Below are positions 28,285 through 40,536 of a DNA stretch of 64,000 nucleotides, piece by piece. The notes under the pieces are model-generated. The model saw nothing but the letters and a program-made list of their open reading frames with translations. It made no database searches and was not told where the DNA came from. Origin of the DNA: Lama glama (lineage: Eukaryota); contig CM052817.1 in NCBI GenBank assembly GCA_028534125.1, positions 44,952,001-45,016,000 on the forward strand. The letters run 5' to 3'. Position 1 is the stretch's first letter; each line of letters starts with the position of its first letter. The position numbers and the translations under genes are program-made.

Positions 28285-29600
28285 TATGGGACAAGACAAG
28301 GATGCCCACTATCACCACTCCTATTCAACATAGTCCTGGAAGTCCTAGCCACAGCAATCAGGCAAGAGAAAGAAATAAAAGGGATCCAAATTGGAAAAGA
28401 AGAGGTAAAAGTGTCATTATATGCTGACGACATGTTACTATATATAGAAAACCCTAAAAGGTCCACACAAAAGCTACTAGAGCTGNNNNNNNNNNNNNNN
28501 NNNNNNNNNNNNNNNNNNNNNNNNNNNNNNNNNNNNNNNNNNNNNNNNNNNNNNNNNNNNNNNNNNNNNNNNNNNNNNNNNNNNNNNNNNNNNNNNNNNN
28601 NNNNNNNNNNNNNNNNNNNNNNNNNNNNNNNNNNNNNNNNNNNNNNNNNNNNNNNNNNNNNNNNNNNNNNNNNNNNNNNNNNNNNNNNNNNNNNNNNNNN
28701 NNNNNNNNNNNNNNNNNNNNNNNNNNNNNNNNNNNNNNNNNNNNNNNNNNNNNNNNNNNNNNNNNNNNNNNNNNNNNNNNNNNNNNNNNNNNNNNNNNNN
28801 NNNNNNNNNNNNNNNNNNNNNNNNNNNNNNNNNNNNNNNNNNNNNNNNNNNNNNNNNNNNNNNNNNNNNNNNNNNNNNNNNNNNNNNNNNNNNNNNNNNN
28901 NNNNNNNNNNNNNNNNNNNNNNNNNNNNNNNNNNNNNNNNNNNNNNNNNNNNNNNNNNNNNNNNNNNNNNNNNNNNNNNNNNNNNTATGACCCAGGAATC
29001 CCGCTCCTGGGCATATATCTAGAAGGAATCCTACTTCAAAATGACATCTGTACCCCAATGTTCATAGCAGCACTATTTACAATAGCCAAGACATGGAAAC
29101 AGCTTAAATGTCCAACAACAGATGACTGCATAAAGAAGATGTGGTACATTTATACAGTGGAATACTATTTAGCCATAAAAACCAACAACATAATGCCATT
29201 TGCAGCAACATGGATGCTCCTGGAGAATGTCATTCTAAGTGAAGTAAGCCAGAAAGAGAAAGTAAAACACCATATGAGATCGCTCATATGCAGAATCTAA
29301 AAAAAAAACAAACATAAATACAAAACAGAAACAGACTCATAGACATAGAATGCAAACTTGTGGTTGCCAAGGGGGCGAGGGGTGGGAAGGGACAGACTGG
29401 GATTTCAAAACGTAGAATAGATTAACAAGATTATACTGTATAGCACAGGGAAATATATAGAAGATCTTATGGTATCTCACAGAGAAAAAAATGTGACAAT
29501 TAATATATATATGTTCATGTATAATTGAAAAATTGCGCTGTACACTGGAATTTGACACAACATTGTAAAATGATTATAACTCAATAAAAAATGTTTTAAA
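28285..29600 (+). mobile_element. Young 5'-truncated L1 spanning the second gap
   Basis: Intact RT peptides ([20 protein letters not shown]) left of the gap, and the ORF2 C-terminus, 3' UTR and A tail right of it. Confidence 0.85.
28486..28985. other. Assembly gap (500 N)
   Basis: Exactly 500 N. The L1 segment missing between the flanks would be longer than 500 bp, so this is a placeholder size. Confidence 0.99.
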
Positions 29601-30369
29601 AAAAGGAAAAATTGCACTTAAAAAAAAAGTTACCTGCCATATCTTTTCTTGAGGTATCCTACACATATACACTGTAGAATGGATCACTCACCCTTATACC
29701 TCCACTATAACACTCCATTCTTCTCATCTGCTTACGTCTTCCTCTCTTAGAAGATTCCAGGACTCCTCTCAGCAATCATGGGATCTCTTTGACAGTCTCT
29801 AAGTTTCCATGACTGTCTGTCAGTCAGTGGTTGTTTTATAATATTCACTTTTTCAGGACTGAGACCATGTCATACTTACCTTGTACTCCTGTAGCATCCA
29901 TAGTACCTACTTGCTGGTGCTCAATACTTGCTGGTAAAATGGGACTCTAGATACCTAGAGCACAGAAGACCAAATGGTTTTCACCAGATTATGCATGAAG
30001 TGGTCTTCTAGTTGTAAAGTAAGTGATCCATAAAATTGCATGTGTAGTATTGAAAAATGCTCTTAGAACACTCATAGGTGCTTCAAATATTTGTGGTTTT
30101 ACCATTGTTAATTTATAGTAGTAATAGTGTGGTGTATCATTTGTATTTTTTCATTAATTTCTTATGTCATTACTGTTCTGTTTTTTATTTTGCATTAATA
30201 GTTCTAATCAATATAATCACCAAATATTATATTGTACTCTGTGGTCATAGTCTTAAGTATTCACTGTATAGCAACTACGAAATGGTCAAATGAGCACTGA
30301 CCATACTGTGCTATAGTATCTATACAATAACAAAGCAGTTCTAAAGGTGTGACACTCCCCACCTCCCAC

Positions 30370-30660
30370 AGTCTCCCTGAGACACTTTCAGAAAACCTGT
30401 AAAGTCAAAACTATTTTCATAGCAATATTACGATGTTATTTATCCTTTTAATTTTCATTCTCTCACCAGTTTCCCAGAGGCTACATGGCATTTAATACTG
30501 CAACAAATTAAATGCAAAAGGAGATATGAGAATCTATCTTCTATCAAGATAGACATTAAAGGGATTTCAAAAATGTGAAACAATGCTATTCTTTTCACTA
30601 AATCATTAGTTATTTTAGTTATTTTTCATAAAAATGTTTATGCTAATACATAATGGGTAT
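30370..30660. mobile_element. hAT-Charlie-type DNA transposon fragment
   Basis: gtcaaaactattttcatagcaatatta...gcaaaaggagatatgagaatc...agacattaaagggattt motifs. Confidence 0.6.
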
Positions 30661-31849
30661 ATCACTAGGTTCCAGTTAATACATAATGGGGGTATCACTA
30701 GATTCCTTCCCTTATTTTGCCTCTTCCTGAGAGATGATAATTAGCTTCTTTCTGGATGCCCTCAATATCCCTTGTTGGTTCCTTACTGCTACCCACACCT
30801 TCATTAAATTTTTTTTCTAAAGTCCAGCTGAGTATACCCCCAGTTTCTTTCCAGGTCCCTGACTGATACACACTTTTTTTAATCCTGATCAGGCAGTACA
30901 ATAGAGTGGTTGGACTCGGGTTAGACTATTTGAATTTGAATCTGGCTACGCAATCCCATTTTAGTTTATTATAAAACAGGTACATCTCACACAGTGATTG
31001 TTAAAATTAAATATGGTAAATGTTAAAAAGCAGCACAGCACAAAAGAAAGAAAGCATACATTAAATATTAATTTTAATAATAATTTTGTAAAATAAATTG
31101 CAGTACTAAGCAGCTTAAGCAGTAAAACCAGCCATCCTTCAGCCATCTCTCTGTCTTAAGAACCATGTATAACTTGAGAGCCCCCTGTATTGGGAGTTGT
31201 CTACATCTTACTCCATAGTCTTCCTGCCCTACTGGAGCCATGAAGAAAGAAAATGAGACAGAGACAGGGAGAGTGAAAGAAAGTAAAATAGAAAGAAAAA
31301 AGAGAGAAGAGACAGAGAAAGCAGGAAGAGGGCTGAAGAGACAAAGTTTAAAAAAAAGAAAGAGAGGCACACAGAGAGAGAAATAGATATATATGGGGGG
31401 ATGGAGAGTAAAAGGAAAGGAAACCAATTCCCACCTCCTTCTCCTCTCTGCCTGTCCTCTGGCTTTATCTCCTACCATCTCATGTATTCAATTTAATTCA
31501 CTAACCATAATCTTGCCATTTCTCCCCCTCCAGTTCTTTGATCTCTGGATTAACAACTCAATGTCCCTCTCTGAACAGCAGGCTGATTTAAATCCATTAT
31601 TCACTCTGTTAAGCCAAAATACTGCTACAATTTAATACTCTTGGAAACTTCTCAATTACTAAGATATGAAATAACTCAGAAAAGCAGTGCCATAATTATG
31701 CCACATTTCTTTGGCTTCTCTCCAAAGGAGAATTCAGGGATCTAAAACTTACTCTCACTCTTACCCTGAAATGAGAACTTTATAGTAAATTAACTTCTAA
31801 TGGACCACAGGTGTATAGATTTGGATTAACAGTTTAGTTGATGATACAT

Positions 31850-32680
31850 ACACTGTCATCTCTGATCCATGTATGCATATATTCTTATATTTGTAATACA
31901 ATGAAAACCCATGAACTCACCACTCAGATCAAGAAATAGAACACTTTAAGTTAAAATATAGTTATGTGTTCCTTCCCTATCCCATTCCCCTGCCTCTTCT
32001 AACCCCAAGATAACCACTATCCTGAATTCTATGTTTATTCTTCCCTTGCCTTTTTAAAAACTGTGGTAAAATATACATAACTTTTTACCATCTTAACCAT
32101 TTTTAAGTGTACAGTTCAGTGTCATTAAGTACATTCACACTGTTGTGTAATCATCATTCCCTTACTTTTTAAAATTGGTTTTATTTATATACATGCACCT
32201 AAACAAAATATTATTTAACTTAAGTTTTCCCGGACTTTAGCAAAAGGATAATCTTTCTATATTTAATCTCAACATTATTTTCCTTGGCATATTTTAGAAA
32301 AATTCATCCACATTTTCTGCAGACAAGTCTTGCTTGCCTTTTGTTAGTTTTGTTCCTAAGTATTTTATGTTTTCAAGTATTATCACTACTACAAATTATT
32401 TTTATAAAATAACATTAAAATTATTTTGTTACTGATGTAGTAGTGTAGTACACTGATCTTCTAGCCATCCACTTTGATAAATTCTATTATTTCTAAAACT
32501 TAGTAAACTTGGGGGGGGGTTTATTTAGACAATCTCCTATGCAAAATTTTTATTTCTTCTCTTCCAATTCTTATCATTTGAATTTCTTTCTTTCTTTTTC
32601 AGGCTAGGACTTATAGCACAAAGAAGAAAAATGAGAAATCGTCTTCTGTCTTGTTTTGTAAATTCACAGCATACTCTTAC
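31850..32680 (-). mobile_element. Ancient L1ME-like fragment with a nested L1 3' tip at about 32060-32155
   Basis: Old-L1 3' UTR motifs (taaccactatcctgaatt). The nested piece is flanked by ttcccttgcctttttaaaa and ttcccttactttttaaaa. Confidence 0.55.
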
Positions 32681-33299
32681 TCATCAAAGGTAAGCTATGT
32701 TACCTATATAAGCCCTTTCCTAAGAATAAATGCTGCATGATTTCAACCCTCTGTTCCACCAGGAGAGTCATGCCTATGGTTGGTGAATGCTGCAGACTAA
32801 CAGATACATCTGACCACACAAATAACTACATCATCCAGAGGGAAAATACTATTTGCTGCACCTAGGAGATTAGCTGAAACTTGGCCAGAAAGCTGGCTAT
32901 ATTTTTGAAATGTTGGCCAGTGAAAAATTCATTTAGACTTGTTAAAATATCTTTTTAATAATCTGTCATCTTTAGAACATCCTGAAAGGTGGATAGGTTA
33001 GGTTTTATAATGCATATCTGAAAATAAGAAAACTGAAGCATAGTGACAGACCTAACAAGCAGTTGAAGATCACAGAGCAAGTGAGAGACCAAACTATATA
33101 CTTCAAGTGTGAGAAAAGCAAAACGCTGCATGCTCTAAATATGCATACAAACAGAAGTTATTCTCAGGCTTTCCCAAGCATGATGATTTTAAGTATATTT
33201 CACTCACTTTGCCCTGGCTGTGAATTATGAGACACAGAGGTAACTAAAGAGTGTAGCCAGTATTACCACACATTCTTAGCTAAGGGAATCTTTGGCAAT

Positions 33300-33570
33300 T
33301 CAGTCAAAACCATGAAAGGCAAAGCTTTCCCCCTCTCCCATACTTCCAAGATGTACTGTACATCAGCTGAGGGGATTCCCAGTCTACAGAAATCACTGAA
33401 CTCCTTCTGCTCACTTTTTAGGAAATTTCTTCTAAGCACAGTAGTTTCTCGGAAAGCATTTTTTTTCTGGGTCTGTAATAAGCCTTGTTAGGGCAGACTA
33501 TTTCTTTTTGGCCCGATGCCACAAAGTCTTAAAGATAAACCAACAGCAAAGGAAACTGAAACTAAAGATG
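33300..33570. promoter_or_regulatory. Candidate distal IFN/NF-kB enhancer
   Basis: kB GGGGATTCCC 33371-33380, GAS TTCTCGGAA 33446-33454 and ISRE GGAAACTGAAACT 33551-33563 lie within about 200 bp of non-repeat sequence. Confidence 0.72.
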
Positions 33571-35479
33571 GAGTATTTCCTTAATTCTTGTTTTCTTTCA
33601 AAACTAGACTCAGATCAGTGAATATTAAGAAAGTTAATATATCAAAAGCTTTGCAAAAATTGAAATACAAATTTTAAGAGTTATAATTTAGATTTCCATT
33701 CAAATGATTCACATAAGGTTGGCTGTGGATGTAACAAGTAATAGTTGGCTTGCTATTGTCTCTAAAGTCTGATTTTTCTTTTCTTAATTCTCCACGTTGA
33801 CCACTTACATTTCTGTCCTGAGCAGATCCCCATTCAAAACAAAAACAGTCCTTTGTTTGGATTCTGTTTTTACCAGAAGACATTCTGATTACTAATTCAA
33901 CTTCCCAGGTTCTCTGATAATGGGAAAGGGTGACTTGGATATCAGATGCAATCATCCTACTCACTGTAAGGTCCTCATTATAAATGAATAAACTGTCTTT
34001 ATAATTTGCATGAGTCTCTTGTAGATTTCTCTTGTTATGGTTGCACAACGATGTGAATTAACTCTTTGAGACCGTGTTTACCCTGGATGATTAGGAAAAA
34101 ATGAGAAGTTCTGGACCTGTAAAACTGAGGACCAGATCCTTACAGAACCCTAACAAGGTATTACCATCCCAATGAGGCTGTACTATTCTGCCTGTTTGGT
34201 CGGCATCTCTGTATACCATTTTTTGTGGTATTTCTTGAATTGCATATGATCTCCCTTCCTGGCCACTTGTCTAAGTACAATTCACATTTAGAGGTTCATC
34301 TGAGTATTTTTGGTCTTAATGAATACATTCTCCTGTGTACCCCCATATTATTCACTGTCTATACCACTCACTTGGCACTAATCATACAGTTGCTTTTATT
34401 GATATTTATTGTTTCGTATGTGTCAGTGTCTCTATTTAGAATGCAAGTCCATCAAGGACAGAAATTGGATGTTATCCTTCCTAGCATTCCCTGAGAATAG
34501 CTGTGGTTAGCTTGGTTCCCTACACAAAGTACACAGACAGCAATGAGAATAAGCACAGCTCTCCTCATTCTTCTGCTTCCAATACTATGCACAATCACAT
34601 AGATAATGGGAGCTAAAGAGATTTGCATTCCTTCATTCATTCAATGCATAATTACAGGTGCACCACCCTTTGTACATTTATATTTACCCCACAGTCCTAG
34701 GAATGAAGATTGTGGCCAATAGCTAGCTGAGAATATCTGTATTGATTCTATCTATTTGAATCTATACTATCTTCTGGGGAAATTACAGTTTTCTTAGGCT
34801 AAACTTAGTTCCTAAAGCTAGAGAAAACAGTAATACCCATATCCTAATGTAGAAATGTGATGAGTCAGTGGAAGTTCTTTTTGAAGATGTGTAATTCTTA
34901 TTTATGCTGTTTCTTAAAGTCTGAAAAAAATTTATACATATATCCATCCATCCAATATTTGCTGGATACCTTCCATATGCCAGTGATGTTTGAATTGCTG
35001 GGGATGAGCTGTGAATAAGACTGATGAGGTCCCTGCTCTTTGGGGGCTCACATTTGTGTGTGAAAAAATAGGCATTAAAAAATTAAACTAACCAAATTTT
35101 AAGAAAGCAAAAAATGTCAAAGAATTAAAATAACATCGTGGCTGCTCTAGATTGTTTGGTAAGAGAAGATACTATTTAACTAAAATCCAAATGTCCAGAA
35201 AGAACTACAAATGCAAAGAATAGGGGAAAAAGCATTCCAGATAAAGAAAATCCCTAGTGTTAAGGGCCTCTGTGACTGGAGTATAGTGGCTGAGAGGGAA
35301 CAATGTGAGATGAGGATATAGAAATCAGTAGCACTCAGATCATAGAGGACTTAGTAAAACAGGATACAAAACTGGACTTAATACTAAATATAACTAAGCT
35401 GTTGAAGGGCCTTAAGCAGAAGAGTGGCATGATGACTTATGCTTTAAAAATATCACTTTGTTCTACTATAGAAATCTAA

Positions 35480-35955
35480 GAGAAATGAAAGCTTATGTCC
35501 AGAAAATGATTTATACAAAAATGTTCATAGAAGCCTTACATATAGTAACTAAAATCTGGACACAGTTCAAATGACCATCAACAAGAGAATGGATAAACCA
35601 ACTGGTATGTTTGTGTAATGGAATACTATGCAGAAATGAAGAGGAAATTACTGATTCACACAACTACACAGATGAATCTAGAAAACATTATCCTGAACAA
35701 AAGAAGCCTTGCACAAAAAAGGCAAATCTACATGAAGCAAAAGTAAATGAGTGGTTACCTAGGGCTGGGAAGAGTGGGAAGTTAGAAGGTGATGGCTAAA
35801 GGATGTGGACTTTCTTTTTGCAGTGGTATGTTTTTTAAATTGATTGTGGTGATGGCTGCACAACTCTTTCAATACATTAAAAGTCACTGAACTGTACACC
35901 TTAAATGGGTTAATTGTATATTTGTAAATTATATCACCATAAAGCCATTTTTTAA
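35480..35955 (+). mobile_element. Old L1 3' end
   Basis: gaaatgaaagcttatgtcc...gattgtggtgatggctgcacaactc...aataaagcc. Confidence 0.75.
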
Positions 35956-36069
35956 CAAACAGAATTATCTAGTAGAAAATATCTGTTTAACACAAAAGCC
36001 AGTAGTAACAGAGGAACAGAAAAGCAGAAAAGACAAGACATATAGAAAATACAAAGCAAAACGGCAGAT

Positions 36070-37230
36070 TGTGTGGGTGAAGCCGGGTCCTGGGGTTAGT
36101 TATCAGACTACTGGCAGGCAGAGCTGGTTCCCCAAGTCTGCTTGCAAAGCCTGGGAATCCTAGAGCTCATTTCAGAGTGTTGGTGGGAAGGCTGGTTCCC
36201 GACACAGTTGGGTATGGGCCTGGGGTGTCCTAAAGCTTGTGTCAGTCTGCTAGTAGACAGGGCCAAGGCCCAGCTGGTCCCAGGGTAGGGTCTGGCCCTG
36301 GCCTGCTGTGGACAGGCCGGGTCTACAGGCTGCAGGATCATAGTTTTCTTGTCATCTGTTGTCTGCTCCCAGGTGAGTGAGACTTGTTGAGAGGCTAGTG
36401 CAGGCTTCCTGGAGGGAAGGGCAGGTACCTGCCCACTGGTGGGCAAGGCCATGTCCAGGGGCATGTCTAGAGGCAGCTGTGGGCTTAGGAAGTCTTCAGG
36501 CAGCCAGTCTGCTGATGGGTGGGGCTGTGCCCCAACTCAGTTAATTGGCCTGAGGCGTCCCAGCACTGGTGCCTACAGGCTGTTGGGTGGTGCTAGGTCT
36601 TGGCACTAATAAGCAAAGATGGCAGCAGCAGCATCAGTATTTATGCAGTAGGATGTTCCCAAATATGGCTGCTACCAGTGTTGACGTCCCCAGAATGAGC
36701 TGCAGCCACTCCCCACCTCTTGTGGAGACTCTCCAAGACCAGTAGATAGGTCTGGCCTAGGCTCCTGTCAAATTACTGATTTTATCCTGGGTCCCAGTAC
36801 ACATGAAATTTTGTGTGTGCTCTTTAAGAGTGAAGTCTCTATTTCCCCTAGTCCTCTGGGGCTCCTAAAATTAAGTCCTGAGCCTTCAAAGTCTAGTGCT
36901 CTGGGGATTCATCTTCCTGGTGCCAGACCCCTGGGCTGAGGAGCCTGACATGGGACTCAGAACTCTCACTCCTGTGGGAAACCCTTTGCAGTGTAATTAT
37001 TCTTCAGTTGGAGGCTGCCCACCCAGAGGTATGGGATGTCATTATATTGTGAGTTTGCCCCTCCTACTCATCTCATTGTGGTTCCTTCTTTGTGTCTTTA
37101 GTTGTAGATCTTTTCTGGTAGGTTCCAGTCTTTTTCACTGATGATTGTTTTGCAGATGGTTGTGATTTTAGTGTGTTTGTGAGAGAAGGTGAGCACAGGG
37201 TTTTTCTACTCTGCCATCTTGGCCCCAACC
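36070..37230 (-). mobile_element. Isolated L1 5' UTR inserted into an older + strand L1 fragment (35960-37450)
   Basis: The reverse complement starts gggttggggccaagatggcagagtagaaaaaccctg. It is GC-rich and no ORF1 follows. Confidence 0.78.
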
Positions 37231-38019
37231 CTCCAGAATGGATTTTTAAAAACATGATCCAACTGTACACTTTTTACAAGAGACATAACTTAGATTCAAT
37301 GACACAAATAGGTTACAAGTTAAAGAACAGAAAAAGATGTATCATGCTAACAGTAACCAAGAGAGCTGGAGTAGACAGATGGTATACTTAACAGACGAGA
37401 CAAAAAATTATTAGGAAAGACAAAGAAGGATAATTTATAGTGATTCAGTAAGTTATGGCAGTTAAAAATGATACAAAAATATTTGGAAGGCATGTATATT
37501 TCTGATGAAAAGAACAGTTGAGTAGGCTGATGAATACAATCAAGGAGTTGTCTAAGCTGCAGAAATAACAAGCTGCTGAATGATAAGATCTACTTGTGGC
37601 ATTTTAAAAACTGAAATAGCCCAATTCTTAAAGAAACAAAATTTACATATTTTAACACAATTAGAACACAAATATCATAATTAAGAAGAAATAAATGTCT
37701 ATTACCCCCAGTCACAAACATCCCAGGATATACAACACTCAATCTAATCTAAAACAAAATTCAGCTGAACAGGCTCTGTTTCAGGCAAGAAAATTACCTT
37801 CTAAAAATACTGTAATAAACATGTATCTATGTGATTGTTTTCTGGCTAACACATGTGTATATATGTACACATGTGTTCAACATATATATACTATAGCATT
37901 TTCATCTCAGTATGAAATTCAGTGTAAAATAGATTCATCTTAAACCTTTTCTAAGTGTTTAATTACTGAGGTACCAGAATAACGTCAAAGATGGCCTCAA
38001 TTAAGATGAGACAGAATGG

Positions 38020-40536
38020 TGTGAGGGAGTAATCTAACTTCATTAATTTATATGCTACTATCGAGTTTTCCCACCACCACTTGCTAAAGAGACTGTCTTT
38101 TCTCCATTGTATATTCTTGCCTCCTTTGTTGGAAATTAATTGACCATATATCTGTGAGTTTATTTCTGGGCTCTCTATTCTGTTCCATTGATCCATATGC
38201 CTGTTTTTATGCCAGTACCATGCTGCTTTGATTACTGTAGCTCTGTAGTATTGTCTGAAGTCTGAGAGGGTTATTCCTCCAGCCTCATTCTTTTTCTTCA
38301 GCAATGCTTTGGCAATTCTGGGTCTTCTGTGATTCCATATAAATGTTATTATTATTTGTTCTAGTTCTGTGAAATATATCCTGAATAATTTGATAGAGAT
38401 TGCTTTAAATCTGTAGATTGCATTGGGTAGTATGACCATTTTAACAATACTGATTCTTCCAATCCAAGAGCATGGGATACCTTTTCATTTCTTTAAGTCA
38501 TCTTTAGTTTCCTTAATAAATGTTTAGTAGTTCTCCGTGTGTAAGTCTTTCACTTCCTTGGTCAGATTTATTCCTAAGTATTTTATTGTTTTGGATGTGA
38601 TTTTAAAAGCTACTGTTTCTTTATTTTCTTTCCTGTTATTTCGTTGTTAGTGTAAAGAAATGCAACTGATTTCTGTATGTTAATCTTGTATCCTGCTACC
38701 TTGTCAAATTCTTTTATCAGCTCTAGTAGTTTTTGTGTGGCGCTTTTAGGGTTTTCTATATATAGTATCATGTCATCCACGTACAGTGACAATTTTACCT
38801 CTTTTCTTCCAATTTGGATCCCTTTTATTTCTTTTTCTTGCCTGATTGCTAGGACTTCCCAGACTATGTTGAACAGAGGTGGTGAGAGTGGGCATCCTTA
38901 TCTTAGTATTTTTAGTGAGAAGGCTTTGAGATTTTTCACTGTTGAGTATTATACTGGCTGTGGGTTTATCATAAATAGCTTTTATTATGTTGAGATATGT
39001 TCCCTCTACACCCACTTTGATAAGAGTTTTGTCATAAATGGGTGCTGAATTTTATCAAATGCTTTTTCCGCATCTATTGAGATGATAATGTAGTTTTGTC
39101 CTTTCTTTTGTGGATGTGGTGTTATCACATTGAATGAATTGTGTATGTTGAACCATCTTGGTGTCCCTGGGATGAATCCAATCTGATCATGATGTACGAT
39201 CTTTTTTATGTGCTGCTGGATGCTGTTTGCTAAACACTTCCTCACAGCATACACAAAAATAAACTTAAAATGGCTTAAAGACTTAAATATAAGACAAGAC
39301 ATGATAAACCTCCTAGAAGAAAATAAAGGCAAAACATTCTCTGACATAAATCTCAGCAATGTTCTCCTTGGGGCACTCTACCCAGGCAATAGAAATAAAA
39401 GTAAAAATTAACAAATGGGATCTAAAACTTACAAGCTTTTGCAGAACAAAGGAAACAATAAGTAAAACAAAATGACAACCTATGGAATGGTAGAAAATAT
39501 TTGCAAATCATGCGACTGACAAAGGTTTAATTTCCAGAATATATAAACAGCTCATACAACTTAATAACAAAAAACCAAACAACTCAATCCAAAAATGGGC
39601 AGAAAACCTAAACAAGCAACTCTCCAATGAAGACATACAAATGGCCAATAAGCACATCAAAAAAATGCTCAATATCGCTAATTATCAGAGAAATGCAAAT
39701 CAAACCTACAATGAGGTTATCACTTCACGCCAGTCAGAATGGCCATCATTCAAAATTCCACAAACGATAAATTCTGGAGACGGTGTGAAGAAAAGGGAAC
39801 TCCCCCTGCACTGTTGGTAGGAATGTAGTTTGGTGCAGCCTTTATGGAAAACAGTATGGAAATTCCTCAAAAAACTAAAATTAGACTTATCATACAATCC
39901 GGCAATCCCCCTCCTGGGCATGTACCTGGAGGGAACTCTAATTCAAAAAGATACATGCATCCCAACGTTCACAGCAGCACTATATACGTTAGCCAAGACA
40001 TGGAAACAACCTAAATGTCCATCAACAGATGACTGGATAAAGTTGTGGTATATTTATACAATGGAATACTACTCAGCCATAAAAAATAAAATAATGTCAT
40101 TTGCAGCAACATGGATGTCCCTAGAGAATGTCATTCTAAGTGAAGTAAGCCAGAAGGAGAAAGAAAAATACCATATGATATCACTCATATGTGCAGTCTA
40201 AAAGAAAAGTAAAAAAGAGGACACTAATGAACTCATCTACAAAACAGAAACAGACTCACAGACATAGTAAACAATCTTATGTTACCAAGTGAAAGGGGGT
40301 AGGAAAGGATAAATTTGGGAGTTTGAGATTTGCAAATGTAGCCACTATATATAAAAATAGATTTTAAAAAACAAGTTTCTCCTATATAGTGCAGGGAACT
40401 ATATTCAGTATCTTGTAATAACTTTTAATGAAAAAGATATGAAAGCAAATTTATGTATGTATATTTGTGACTGGGACATTGTGCTATACACTGGAAATTA
40501 ACACATTATAACTGACTGTACTTCAGTTAAAAAAAA
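38020..40536 (+). mobile_element. L1 with 5' inversion (minus strand 38020-39232, plus strand 39233-40536)
   Basis: ORF2 peptides switch strand at about 39232. A tail at 40529-40536. TSD gacagaatgg (38010-38019) and gagagaatgg (40537-40546). Confidence 0.9.
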
